DNA of 64,000 nucleotides from a candidate division WOR-3 bacterium (GCA_965649265.1 CBFGKC010000005.1:128629-192628), one strand, 5' to 3'; positions 1 to 8,612 are shown, counted from the stretch's first letter. Notes: generated by a model from the sequence alone, not told the origin. Numbers and translations: made by a program.

Positions 1-43
1 CGTTGCGACGGCAAGCTCGAACATAACGATAAGGTAGGCGGCA

Positions 44-634
44 ATGAAGAACATTTTCGCGATTGTTGCCGGGATGGTCGTCCTCGCCTTCCCGGCATTA
101 TTTGCCCAGGGGCAAGGCCTTTCTGTCCCCTCGGAGATGGTCCAGATGGGCGAGGAGGACAAGGAGGGCGAGGGGGGCGGCGGGATGTGGTCGGACACGA
201 CTTTGTCCGGATTTCATCTTGAATGGATGGTAGACAGTACCGACATGTTTCACATCGCGATTTCCGCGCCCACGACCGGCTGGGTGGCGGTGGGCTTCAA
301 CCCGAGCACGATGAAGAAGGACGCCGATCTCATCATCGGATACGTGAAGGGCGATTCGGTCTTCATCCAGGACAACTTCGGGGTCTCCGCCGTGCTGCAC
401 GAGCCCGACACCTCGCTGGGCGGGACCGATGACGTTCACGCCGCGTCAGGAAGCGAGGAGGACGGCGTGACCAGGATAGCCTTTTCGATTCCCCTGGACT
501 CGGGAGATAAATACGATCAGAAGCTCGCGCGAGGAGAAAGTGTGAAGGTGATACTCGCGTGCGCGCCCAACGGAGCGGACGATTTCATCTCGATTCACAG
601 GTCCGTTGCGAGCGTGACCGTAGAGATCAAGTAG
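44..634 (+). CDS. Secreted DOMON domain protein
   Basis: Signal peptide; DOMON motifs GWVAVGF..MKKDADLIIGY and a C-terminal His (DDFISIH); paralog of the next two genes. Confidence 0.85.
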   Translation: MKNIFAIVAGMVVLAFPALFAQGQGLSVPSEMVQMGEEDKEGEGGGGMWSDTTLSGFHLEWMVDSTDMFHIAISAPTTGWVAVGFNPSTMKKDADLIIGYVKGDSVFIQDNFGVSAVLHEPDTSLGGTDDVHAASGSEEDGVTRIAFSIPLDSGDKYDQKLARGESVKVILACAPNGADDFISIHRSVASVTVEIK

Positions 635-687
635 AGTTTAATCAGGGGAGACACTACTCCCCGCGAACACATACGAGAGGAGTAAGA

Positions 688-1269
688 ATGAAAGCAAAAG
701 GATTTACATCTATCATACTGGCATCCCTGCTGTCTCTTGCCTGCGCGGGCAAGACGAACGCGGACCCACAGTCAACAAAAGATCCCAAGGACCCGGGTAT
801 GACCGACATGCCCGCGCATGCGGAGGTCGTATACAAGGACACGACGGTAAAGGATTTTCACATCATGTGGAGAACGGACACCCTGGGTCTCCTTCACGTG
901 AAGATCGAGACCGCGGGCACGGGTTGGGTGGCGATGGGGTTTTCGCCCTCTAACATAATGAAGGACGCGAACATCATCATGGGCTACGTGAAGGCCGATA
1001 CCGCTTACGTCTCGGACGAGTTCGGTGTAGCGCTTACGTCGCACAAGCCCGACGCGTCGCTGGGAGGCAAGGACGATATAAAGGAAAAGTCAGGCATGGA
1101 GAAGGACGGCAAGACCATGATCCACTTCGCCATCCCGCTCGACTCGAAGGACGCCTACGACAAGGTGCTCGAGCCGGGCAAGACCTACAAGGTGATAGTC
1201 GCCGCCGGCTCCTCTGACAACTTCACGTCGCCCCACGTAAAAACTGCATCGCTGATGCTCACGATTTAA
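688..1269 (+). CDS. DOMON domain lipoprotein
   Basis: ATG at 688 after GAGGAG; lipobox LSLAC; GWVAMGF..MKDANIIMGY; DNFTSPH. Confidence 0.85.
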   Translation: MKAKGFTSIILASLLSLACAGKTNADPQSTKDPKDPGMTDMPAHAEVVYKDTTVKDFHIMWRTDTLGLLHVKIETAGTGWVAMGFSPSNIMKDANIIMGYVKADTAYVSDEFGVALTSHKPDASLGGKDDIKEKSGMEKDGKTMIHFAIPLDSKDAYDKVLEPGKTYKVIVAAGSSDNFTSPHVKTASLMLTI

Positions 1270-1279
1270 GGAGGACAGC

Positions 1280-2044
1280 ATGAAAAAACTACTTCTTGCC
1301 GCTCTCGCGCTCGTGATGGTCGCGCTCACGGCGGCGGGATGCGCATCAAAGATACCGCAGGCGAACTTCTCCGCCGCGCCCCTGGAGGGCCCCCCTCCGT
1401 TAGAGGTGGTGTTCGCGGATTCGACGACTAACACGCCGGATTCATGGCTCTGGTACTTCGGCGACGGCGACTCGGCGACGGTCCAGAACCCGACCCATTC
1501 CTACGACTCGACCGGTTCCTACGACGTGACCCTGATAGTCTCCAACGGCTTCGGAACGGACACGCTAACGCGCGCGTCCTACATCACGGTGGGCGAGCTG
1601 GGCTATGAGAAGGTGGAGGTCTCGGGCATCACGCTGGAGTGGCGTGTGGACGGAGCCAATCTCGACATAAGGCTCTTTGCGCCCACAAGAGGCTGGGTGG
1701 CGGTGGGCTTCGACCCGACCACTTCGATGAAGGACGCCAACATGATATTCGGCTACGTCTCGGGGTCCGACGTCTTCATATCCGACCAGTACGGCAACAC
1801 GAACTTCACCCACCAGCCCGACTCGGAGGGCGCAGGCTCCGACAACGTGACCTCCAAGCAGGGTCAGGAGACCGGCACGGGTACAAGGATATCGTTCACG
1901 ATTCCGCTGGACTCGGGCGATCCGCGCGACAGAGCCCTGGTGGCGGGCCAGACCTACAAGGTGCTTTTAGCTTACGGCCCCGATAACGCCGACGACTTCA
2001 CCACCAAGCACGCGACAAAGACGTCAGTGGACATCCAGATATGA
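1280..2044 (+). CDS. PKD + DOMON domain lipoprotein
   Basis: SD AAGGAGG; lipobox AAGC; PKD motif WLWYFGDG..NPTHSY..G.YDVTLIV; DOMON GWVAVGF..MKDAN..DDFTTKH. Confidence 0.88.
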   Translation: MKKLLLAALALVMVALTAAGCASKIPQANFSAAPLEGPPPLEVVFADSTTNTPDSWLWYFGDGDSATVQNPTHSYDSTGSYDVTLIVSNGFGTDTLTRASYITVGELGYEKVEVSGITLEWRVDGANLDIRLFAPTRGWVAVGFDPTTSMKDANMIFGYVSGSDVFISDQYGNTNFTHQPDSEGAGSDNVTSKQGQETGTGTRISFTIPLDSGDPRDRALVAGQTYKVLLAYGPDNADDFTTKHATKTSVDIQI

Positions 2045-2051
2045 GGCACTT

Positions 2052-2270
2052 GTGACCATCCACGACATCGTAACTCCTGCCTTCATCAAGATACTGGGAA
2101 TCATCGTCTATACCCTGTTCCTGGCGACACTCCTAATGGGACTTTTGAGGAAGAAGCTCGCGCCGAAATTGAAGAAGTCCTACCTGCCCCTGCACAAGAT
2201 CTTCGCCCTCGTTGCCATCGGCCTTGCGACCGTGCATGGAGCCCTGGTGATAATACTCTTCGGAATCTGA
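2052..2270 (+). CDS. Small two-TM membrane protein with H-x13-H (cytochrome-b / ferric-reductase-like half module)
   Basis: Two hydrophobic helices with a basic loop; His48 and His62 in helix 2; directly follows the DOMON genes. Confidence 0.7.
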   Translation: MTIHDIVTPAFIKILGIIVYTLFLATLLMGLLRKKLAPKLKKSYLPLHKIFALVAIGLATVHGALVIILFGI

Positions 2271-2360
2271 GCGCCCCGGGGGAAGAATGCGAAGAATTCT
2301 TTTGTGCTAGAGACTCGAGGTTGCAGGGAAATACTTTGCATTTTTCTGGAGGCATTGGAT

Positions 2361-2576
2361 AGGGGTCCCCGGACGTACACGAGCGAAGCGATGTGGACGT
2401 TTGGGGTGAAGGGAGGGGTCCCCGGACGTACACGAGCGAAGCGATGTGGACGTTTGGGGTGAAGAGAGGGGTCCCCGGACGTACATGAGCGAAGCGATGT
2501 GGACGTTTGGGGTGAAGAGAGGGGTCCCCGGACGTATGCGCTCGTGTTCCGACGACACGCACAGACGTTTGGGGTA
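2361..2576. repeat. 53-bp tandem REP-like hairpin array (3 near-identical units + 1 with a different interior)
   Basis: AGGGGTCCCCGGACGTA...GACGTTTGGGGT units start at 2361, 2414, 2467 and 2520. Confidence 0.9.
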
Positions 2577-2584
2577 AAAAGTTT

Positions 2585-2983
2585 TTACTCGAACGCGCCC
2601 TCAAAGTGCTCGATGCGAAGGTCTTTCGATTCGGGGTCCCCGGGCGCATGCGGAGCAGGCGTCCGGGGCAGCATTATGGAAACGACGTCGAACCTGCACG
2701 GCGGCAAATCGTGAGGATAATGGTCGCAAAGCCACAGTCCTGCCGCGCGCCTCATGTGCTCCTGCTTGGTGAAGGTTACGGACTCCTCGGGCCGGGCAAA
2801 GCCGGAATCGGAGCGAGTCTTGACTTCAACGAAGACGACGGTGGAGCGGTCGCGGGCAATCAAGTCAATCTCGCCCCAGCGCGTGCGAAAGTTGCGTTCG
2901 AGTATTTTGTAGCCTTTGGACACGAGGAAGCTCGCGGCCTCCTCCTCCCCCTTTTGACCCTTGATTTTCTTGTCGGTTGTCAC
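2585..2983 (-). CDS. yraN: YraN / UPF0102 family putative endonuclease
   Basis: KGEEEAA..L..KGY.ILERNFR..GEIDLIA..VFVEVKTR..CRFDVV; GTG start overlaps the upstream stop. Confidence 0.92.
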   Translation of the reverse strand: MTTDKKIKGQKGEEEAASFLVSKGYKILERNFRTRWGEIDLIARDRSTVVFVEVKTRSDSGFARPEESVTFTKQEHMRRAAGLWLCDHYPHDLPPCRFDVVSIMLPRTPAPHAPGDPESKDLRIEHFEGAFE

Positions 2984-4368
2984 TTGAAGTAGCAAACCTT
3001 GCCTGTCGAGGAGCCGTAGGGCGTCCGCATCACCCAGAAGTAGACTCCGGATGAGAGAGAAGGCTTGAAGTCGATGCGACCGAGTTCGGCGGTGGAGCCG
3101 CTTGAGGTGGAGACCTTGCGGCCCGCGGCGTCGTAGAACGTCAGCGTGTAGGTAGTCGGCCTGGATGAGGCATAGTCGAATCTCAACGTGTCCTTCTGGA
3201 CGGAGGGTGCGGAGGAAGCGAAGAGACCCGCGCTCATGCGGGGTATCCTGCCGATGTCGGCGTCAATCGAATCCGCGCTTTCGAGGATCAAGTCAGAGAC
3301 TTGCTGGTTCGAGTACTCCGGATAGAGACTGAGGATGAGCGCGGCGAGACCCGCTATCTCCGGCGATGCGAGCGATGACCCGGTGAACGCGCTCGTCCCT
3401 CCACCGAGCGATGTCGAGGCGATTTGCGTTCCAGGCGCGAAGATATCTACGTTTCGCCCGTAGTGGGAGTAGGGGTCTCGCTCGTCTTCGGAGTTCGTGT
3501 AGCCCGCCGAAACGACGTGCTCGTATGCGGCCGGGTAGAGCGAGGAGTCCTGGCCCCAGTTGCCCGCCGCCGCGCAGACGAAGCAGCCCTTATCCCACGC
3601 GTAGTCTATTGCTTGTTCTATGAGGGTGTCCTGGTCTCCGCCCAGGCTCATGTTTATAACACGCGCGCCGTGATCCCGGGCATAAAGGATTCCGCGAACG
3701 AGGTCGGCGTTCGCGTAGTAGCCGTTGTCGGCCACGACCTTGACGGGCATCAAGCACGATTGGGAGATGCCTGCGATGCCGATGGAGTTGTCTATAGACG
3801 CAGCGACTACGCCGGAGACTGCGGTGCCGTGCCCGTGGCCGTCCTGGACGCTCGCCGAGGTGTCGACGAGGTTGTATCCGGGAACCAGGTTCGCCCTGAG
3901 GTCGGGATGAGTGGTGTCGGCACCGGTGTCGAGTATGGCTACGATGACGTCGTGTGAGCCTTTAGTGACGTTCCACGCCCAGTCGACCCTCGTGATCGGC
4001 CTGTCCCACTGGAGCGAGAACCACTGGTCGTTCGGATGATACGGTTCGCCCCACGAGGAGTCGGGCGAAGGTGCGAACGAGGGGAGCGGGCTTTCGATGA
4101 CAGGGATGATCGAGCCTGAGCCGTTTTCGGATACGATATCCACACCTGGGAGGAACTCCGGCGAGTAGGACTCGTTCTGTTCGACGACGTAGTAGTCCCG
4201 GAACTCATATCTCGTGTCCTCGCGAGCGCCGGGATAGGAGACGAGGGGGGTTATGGAGAGACAATGCGGGGCGAGTGCCTGCGGGTTCGTGGTTTTCACT
4301 ACGATCTTCGCGGCATGGAGTGGGAGCATGGCGAATCCGATCGACAGCAGGGAAAACCAAACCTTCAT
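2980..4368 (-). CDS. Secreted S8 subtilisin-like serine peptidase with T9SS-like C-terminal domain
   Basis: Signal peptide from MKVWFS; triad ILDTG / HGHGTAVSG / TGSSLASP; AAAGN; CTD FYDAAGRKV..SGVYF. Confidence 0.92.
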   Translation of the reverse strand: MKVWFSLLSIGFAMLPLHAAKIVVKTTNPQALAPHCLSITPLVSYPGAREDTRYEFRDYYVVEQNESYSPEFLPGVDIVSENGSGSIIPVIESPLPSFAPSPDSSWGEPYHPNDQWFSLQWDRPITRVDWAWNVTKGSHDVIVAILDTGADTTHPDLRANLVPGYNLVDTSASVQDGHGHGTAVSGVVAASIDNSIGIAGISQSCLMPVKVVADNGYYANADLVRGILYARDHGARVINMSLGGDQDTLIEQAIDYAWDKGCFVCAAAGNWGQDSSLYPAAYEHVVSAGYTNSEDERDPYSHYGRNVDIFAPGTQIASTSLGGGTSAFTGSSLASPEIAGLAALILSLYPEYSNQQVSDLILESADSIDADIGRIPRMSAGLFASSAPSVQKDTLRFDYASSRPTTYTLTFYDAAGRKVSTSSGSTAELGRIDFKPSLSSGVYFWVMRTPYGSSTGKVCYFK

Positions 4369-4437
4369 CGTCTTCCTTTCACGTAACAGGGACAAGGGCA
4401 GTAAGACAGTTCCCCGCCGATGACAATGATCTGCACA

Positions 4438-5037
4438 TCATTGTTCACTCTTTTCACGATTGGAAATAAACATCTCCCTTGTCAGGTAAAGGTGAGTGTT
4501 GTGGTCGCACTTGGTTGAAGACGATTCCTCGTTCGCGTAGAACCTGTATCCGGCCTTCTCGAACGCCCGCAGGCATCTCGAGTTGTTGCCGTGGATGGCG
4601 CAGGCAAACATCATGTCGGCGCCTTCCTTGAGGAAGGCGAACTCCGTGAGCGCAAGCACGACGGCCGAACCCACGCCCTTGCCCCAGTAATCCTTCTCGC
4701 CTATCATGATGGGCATCCTGCGAAGGTCCTTGCCGGGAAACTTTGTGGAGATTTCTGCAAGGTTCATTTGCTGCAGCCAGCATTCTCCTATCGGCCTGCC
4801 CTCCGTCTCGATGATGAAGCAGTAGGCGCGCTCGCTCACCATGCGGTACATCCCTATCATGTCATCGAGCTGCCAGCTCTCGATGTCGTCACCCTCGGAC
4901 CAGTAAAGGACGTCGGGGTCGCAGTTCCACTTGTGGAGCACTTCCCAGTCATCCTCGGTCATCGGCCGCAGCCGTAACGGGAGTCCTTTCGAGGTCGTCG
5001 TTTCAAGGGTCACGTCATGCTTTCTCAGAACTTCCAT
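4438..5037 (-). CDS. GNAT N-acetyltransferase (RimJ/RimL-like)
   Basis: LRPMTEDDW; IGEKDYWGKGVGS; N.R..RAFEKAGY. Confidence 0.88.
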   Translation of the reverse strand: MEVLRKHDVTLETTTSKGLPLRLRPMTEDDWEVLHKWNCDPDVLYWSEGDDIESWQLDDMIGMYRMVSERAYCFIIETEGRPIGECWLQQMNLAEISTKFPGKDLRRMPIMIGEKDYWGKGVGSAVVLALTEFAFLKEGADMMFACAIHGNNSRCLRAFEKAGYRFYANEESSSTKCDHNTHLYLTREMFISNREKSEQ

Positions 5038-5040
5038 GTC

Positions 5041-5643
5041 TCACGTTTCCTTTCTTTGTTGATTGGCCTGGAACGCCTCCCTTGTCTGGTAGAGATCCAG
5101 GTTGTAGCGCCGCTTAGCAGAGGAGGATTTTTCCTTGGAGTATAGAACGTACCCGGCCTTTTCCAGCACGCGCAAAATTCTCGTGTTGTTGTCGGCCACG
5201 AAGCAGCCGAATATCATGTCTGCGCCCTCGTGCATGAAGCCGAACTCCGTCACCTGCCGGATGACCGCCGACCCGATGCCCTGCCCCCAGTAATCCTTCT
5301 CGCCCAGCATGAAATCTATCCTGCGCAGGTCCTTGCCCGGATGCTTTTGAGAGATCGACGCGAGATTCATGGGCTGCAGCCAGCACTCGCCTATGGGCCT
5401 TGAGCCGACCTCGACGATGAAGTTTATCCCGCCCTTGGCGACAACGGAGCGGTACTTGCGCTTCATGTCCTCGAGTGACCAGCCGGTGGTGTCCTCCTCC
5501 TCCGACCAGTAGATGACGTCAGGATCGTTGTTCCACTTGTATAAGACGTCCCAGTCGGCCTCGGTCATGGGCCGCAGCTTGAGTTTTAAGCCCCTGGACG
5601 TGGTAGCCTCGAGAATCAAATCCTTGCGCTCGATATCGGGTAT
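5041..5643 (-). CDS. GNAT N-acetyltransferase, tandem paralog (probable ATA start)
   Basis: Close paralog of 4438-5037; ATA at 5643 aligns with the paralog Met1 and follows AGGAGGAGG; the track start is TTG 5619. Confidence 0.85.
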   Translation of the reverse strand: MPDIERKDLILEATTSRGLKLKLRPMTEADWDVLYKWNNDPDVIYWSEEEDTTGWSLEDMKRKYRSVVAKGGINFIVEVGSRPIGECWLQPMNLASISQKHPGKDLRRIDFMLGEKDYWGQGIGSAVIRQVTEFGFMHEGADMIFGCFVADNNTRILRVLEKAGYVLYSKEKSSSAKRRYNLDLYQTREAFQANQQRKET

Positions 5644-5646
5644 CGC

Positions 5647-6540
5647 TCACCTCCTCCTTTTGGACTCGGGCCTTGCGCCGAGGCGGGAGCCGAGGAACTC
5701 CTCGGCCTTCGGGTGAAGCGAGAGCGTCACCTGCGGGAACGGTATCTCGATGCCCGCCTCCTCGAGCCTGCGCTTGACCAGCCGGCGCGCCATGCGCGCC
5801 ACGTCCCACTGCTTTGAAGGCAGGCACTTTACCCACAACGCCACGTCCACGCTCGAGGCCGAGAACGACTCGATCGCCTTTATCTCGACGTCCTCCATGA
5901 GATAGGTGGAGTAAACCTTGTCCCGCTTGAGGTCGTCGGCGGCTTTGCCGAGCGCCTCGACCACGCGCTCGATCTCGGAGCGGTAAGCCACGCCCACGTT
6001 GATGATGGCGCGCGCCCACTTGGTGGTCATGTTCTCGACCATCTTTATCTCGCCGTTCGGAACCGTGTAAAGGTGGCCGTCGAGCCCGCGGATGACGGTC
6101 GTGCGCAGGTTAATCGTTTCGACAGTCCCCACCGCGTCGCCGATGCGGACCACGTCGGAGATGCGGAACTGGTTCTCGAGGATGATGAAGAGGCCGTTGA
6201 GCATATCGCGCACTAGGCTTTGCGCGCCCAGACCCACAGCCACGCCCGCGACGCCCAGCCCGGCGAGTATTGGTCCTATCTCGATGCCGAGCTTGCGAAG
6301 CACGGTGACGATTGCGACCGTCCAGATGATGATGAGGAGAAGCCAGCGCAAGGCACCCAACAGCGTCATCGTTCGCTTTGCGCGCGCGAACACCTCCGGG
6401 CCCCGAGCCTTGTCGGCCTGCCGGATAGCGGTCCTGATCAGGCTCGAAATGACCCACGAGAGGAGCACGGCCGCGACAACGGTCGCGCCTATCCATATCC
6501 CCGGGTCGAGTAACCACTTTACGAAAGGCGAAGGTTGCAT
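5647..6540 (-). CDS. mscS: Small-conductance mechanosensitive channel (MscS family)
   Basis: 3 TM helices; AGLGVAGVAVGLGAQSLVRD; G.VE.INLRTT; VPNG; IEIPFPQ. Confidence 0.92.
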   Translation of the reverse strand: MQPSPFVKWLLDPGIWIGATVVAAVLLSWVISSLIRTAIRQADKARGPEVFARAKRTMTLLGALRWLLLIIIWTVAIVTVLRKLGIEIGPILAGLGVAGVAVGLGAQSLVRDMLNGLFIILENQFRISDVVRIGDAVGTVETINLRTTVIRGLDGHLYTVPNGEIKMVENMTTKWARAIINVGVAYRSEIERVVEALGKAADDLKRDKVYSTYLMEDVEIKAIESFSASSVDVALWVKCLPSKQWDVARMARRLVKRRLEEAGIEIPFPQVTLSLHPKAEEFLGSRLGARPESKRRR

Positions 6541-6676
6541 TATAGATAGTATGCGACAGAACCTGCAAAGTCAAGGGACTACCGCCCCCGGGGGTGTGGC
6601 GATTTCGTTTGATCTAATGATTCTCTTATTAAAAACATATTTTATAGCGTAAAAAGCGACCAAAAGAGGCATGGTA

Positions 6677-6704
6677 TTGACAAGAAATTGAATCGGGCTA
6701 AAAT
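6677..6704 (+). promoter_or_regulatory. Sigma70-type promoter of the gasdermin-like gene
   Basis: TTGACA-N16-TAAAAT. Confidence 0.7.
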
Positions 6705-6792
6705 TCTTATGCGAGGGCTCCGCAAAGTATGGCAGAGGAACCCAATAACTTTTAAACCAAAATGCCCGCGAGACGGGCACGAGGAGGAAAAA

Positions 6793-7617
6793 ATGCCACC
6801 AGCATCTTTTTATCGACGTGCAATGCACAGACAATACGACTATCTCGCGACTTGGTTTCCGAATGTTCATTTACAGCTCGGTGATGTAGTCGTAATAAAA
6901 GGGTATCAGATTCGCAAGGTTTCAGACCTCAAATCACTTGGGATTAAGTTCGATGTAGAAATTGACCCCACACCTAGCAATTTGGAGCTTACATCCTCCC
7001 AGGGCGTCAATGTCGTTTTCAAGGCCTCAGGCAAGATCATTCCTAAAAGCAACTTGTTGGATGTAGACGCCGGTTTCAACGTGACCTTTGCCGGGAATAG
7101 AGGTTTTGCTTTTTGTGCCAACGGGGTCAGAGAAAACTCTATCAAGGATTCCTTTTCTCTACGTCAACCCATTATAGACCTCTATAAGCAAGGCCGTTGG
7201 GATAAGTATTTCATGGTAATAACCTCTCTGGTCGAAGCCGATTCGGGAACAGTAATCATTTCCATGAAGCGAGACGCTTCAATTGACCTGAAGGCCACAG
7301 GAAAAGTAAATGCGAATACGATTAACTTGGCCGATTTGACCGCCGCACTGCAAACCAGTTTTTCCAGCGGGATTCACACGCAAATTATCTCTGATAAAGG
7401 ATGCACACCGCTATTCAAGGCTGAAGGAATCATTACCAGAAGCTCGAGACTCGCGTTATCCAAGAACGTCCGGGCAAGAGGAGACGAACCTCATGCCTTC
7501 AGAGATGAGGCCTTTGAAACGCTCACACCAGAAAGAGCAAAAAAAGACATGAGTAGTATTATCGACTTTGGTGAAATCGCATATCGCGAAGAGGAGGATG
7601 ACGAGAGTGTAGCTTGA
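6793..7617 (+). CDS. Gasdermin-like pore-forming protein (274 aa)
   Basis: SD GAGGAGG; YLATWFP...LGDVVVI, amphipathic beta stretches, W.KYFMVITSLVEADSGTVIIS, TPLF and a short C-terminal tail (VRARGDEPHAF.DEAF). By eye this resembles bacterial/fungal gasdermins; AT-rich. Confidence 0.7.
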   Translation: MPPASFYRRAMHRQYDYLATWFPNVHLQLGDVVVIKGYQIRKVSDLKSLGIKFDVEIDPTPSNLELTSSQGVNVVFKASGKIIPKSNLLDVDAGFNVTFAGNRGFAFCANGVRENSIKDSFSLRQPIIDLYKQGRWDKYFMVITSLVEADSGTVIISMKRDASIDLKATGKVNANTINLADLTAALQTSFSSGIHTQIISDKGCTPLFKAEGIITRSSRLALSKNVRARGDEPHAFRDEAFETLTPERAKKDMSSIIDFGEIAYREEEDDESVA

Positions 7618-7796
7618 ATTTCTTGCACACACAACCCCATTTTTTCCAGATAAGTTAGTACATTCGCAATGTACTTCATGGCCGCTAGGTTGAACGATAG
7701 AGAATAATCTCTTCGCTGCGTGTTTTAGCCACCTTAGTGAGATACTGCTTATAAATTTCCACGAAGGGCCCAGCTTCACTTACGATGACCCCGCCC

Positions 7797-8580
7797 CCTC
7801 CCCCCTACCCTATGGGGTGCAGGCACCCCAAGGGGCACGCTGTCCACCAGGGAGGGGGAAATATTGTGGCGCAAGAGTAAGACCCTCACCCTTCCCTCTC
7901 CCAGAGGGAGAGGGTTTATCTCACCTCAATTCGGTACATTCCCTTCGGAACGGAACGGGCCAAAGGCCAATAGAAAGCTCCCTCCGTTTGCCCTTCGGAG
8001 GCTTCGGACCGCAGGGGCGATTGAGGTCGCTCACGTTCGGAAGGAACTTCCGTCCAAGCGGCTACCAGCCGCTACATTAGATTCTATGAAATCCTGCTGA
8101 ACGTAGTTCAACCCATGCGACCCCTGCTCGCAACGACATCCTCACCCTCCCCACTCGGCAAGGGAGGGGGAACATTTCACTCCCTCCCCCTGGTGGGGAG
8201 GGTAGGGTGAGGGGAAGCTTAACAGCCTCGTTTACCCTGAAAAAGCCCAAAATTCTCCCGGTTTTGCCCCTCAAATTCCCGGTTTTGTCCCACTTCTGAC
8301 CGACTGCCGCAAAGACGGCAGTTCAGAAGTTTGCCTCGATCTCATTTTTCAGCAGGCAAACTTCCCTGTAATAATCAGATTTCGTCCTGAAAATATCAGG
8401 GAAAAACCCTAAAATTGACCATTTTGTCCCACTTCTGACCATCTTTTGTCCTACTTAGTTATCCACATTTCTGACGCGCTGGATTAAACCAGCTCTCGGT
8501 TTTACCACCTTTTCTATCCAAGGAAAGAACCTCGCGGGGTCCCCAAAAAAATGATTCCAGCATTTTTTGGGGGTGAGTTT
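7797..8580. repeat. Composite REP-like repeat region, copy 1
   Basis: 7797-7859 matches the reverse complement of 21982-22044 with 1 mismatch; 8162-8300 matches ~21850-21990 inverted; CCCTCACCC/GGGAGAGGG hairpins; 11-bp TTTTGTCC repeats. Confidence 0.85.
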
Positions 8581-8584
8581 CACC

Positions 8585-8612
8585 TTGACATTGCCTATTA
8601 TTAAACTATGAT
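8585..8612 (+). promoter_or_regulatory. Promoter of the 2-oxoacid dehydrogenase operon
   Basis: TTGACA-N16-TATGAT. Confidence 0.75.

Noticed and set aside
2361-2576. CRISPR array
   Set aside because: Units are near-identical along their whole length with no unique spacers (only one variant interior); no cas genes in the window
3360-3390. Inactive S8 peptidase (GSSLASP instead of GTSMASP)
   Set aside because: The nucleophile Ser, Asp, His and oxyanion Asn are all retained
2980-4368. S8 (or the C25 at 14246) as the dedicated gasdermin-activating protease
   Set aside because: Both have signal peptides and T9SS-like CTDs, are not operonic with the gasdermin-like gene and have host-like composition; kept only as a speculative possibility
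5647-5649. Selenocysteine or recoded TGA
   Set aside because: No SECIS-like hairpin recognised, TGA terminates many ordinary genes here, and an ATA start explains the alignment more simply
7618-7790. Remnant of a partner gene downstream of the gasdermin-like ORF
   Set aside because: AT-rich with short broken frames but no recognisable protease or other motif
8459-8467. oriC suggested by a TTATCCACA DnaA box
   Set aside because: Single box inside a repeat family present at three loci; no dnaA or AT-rich unwinding element recognised
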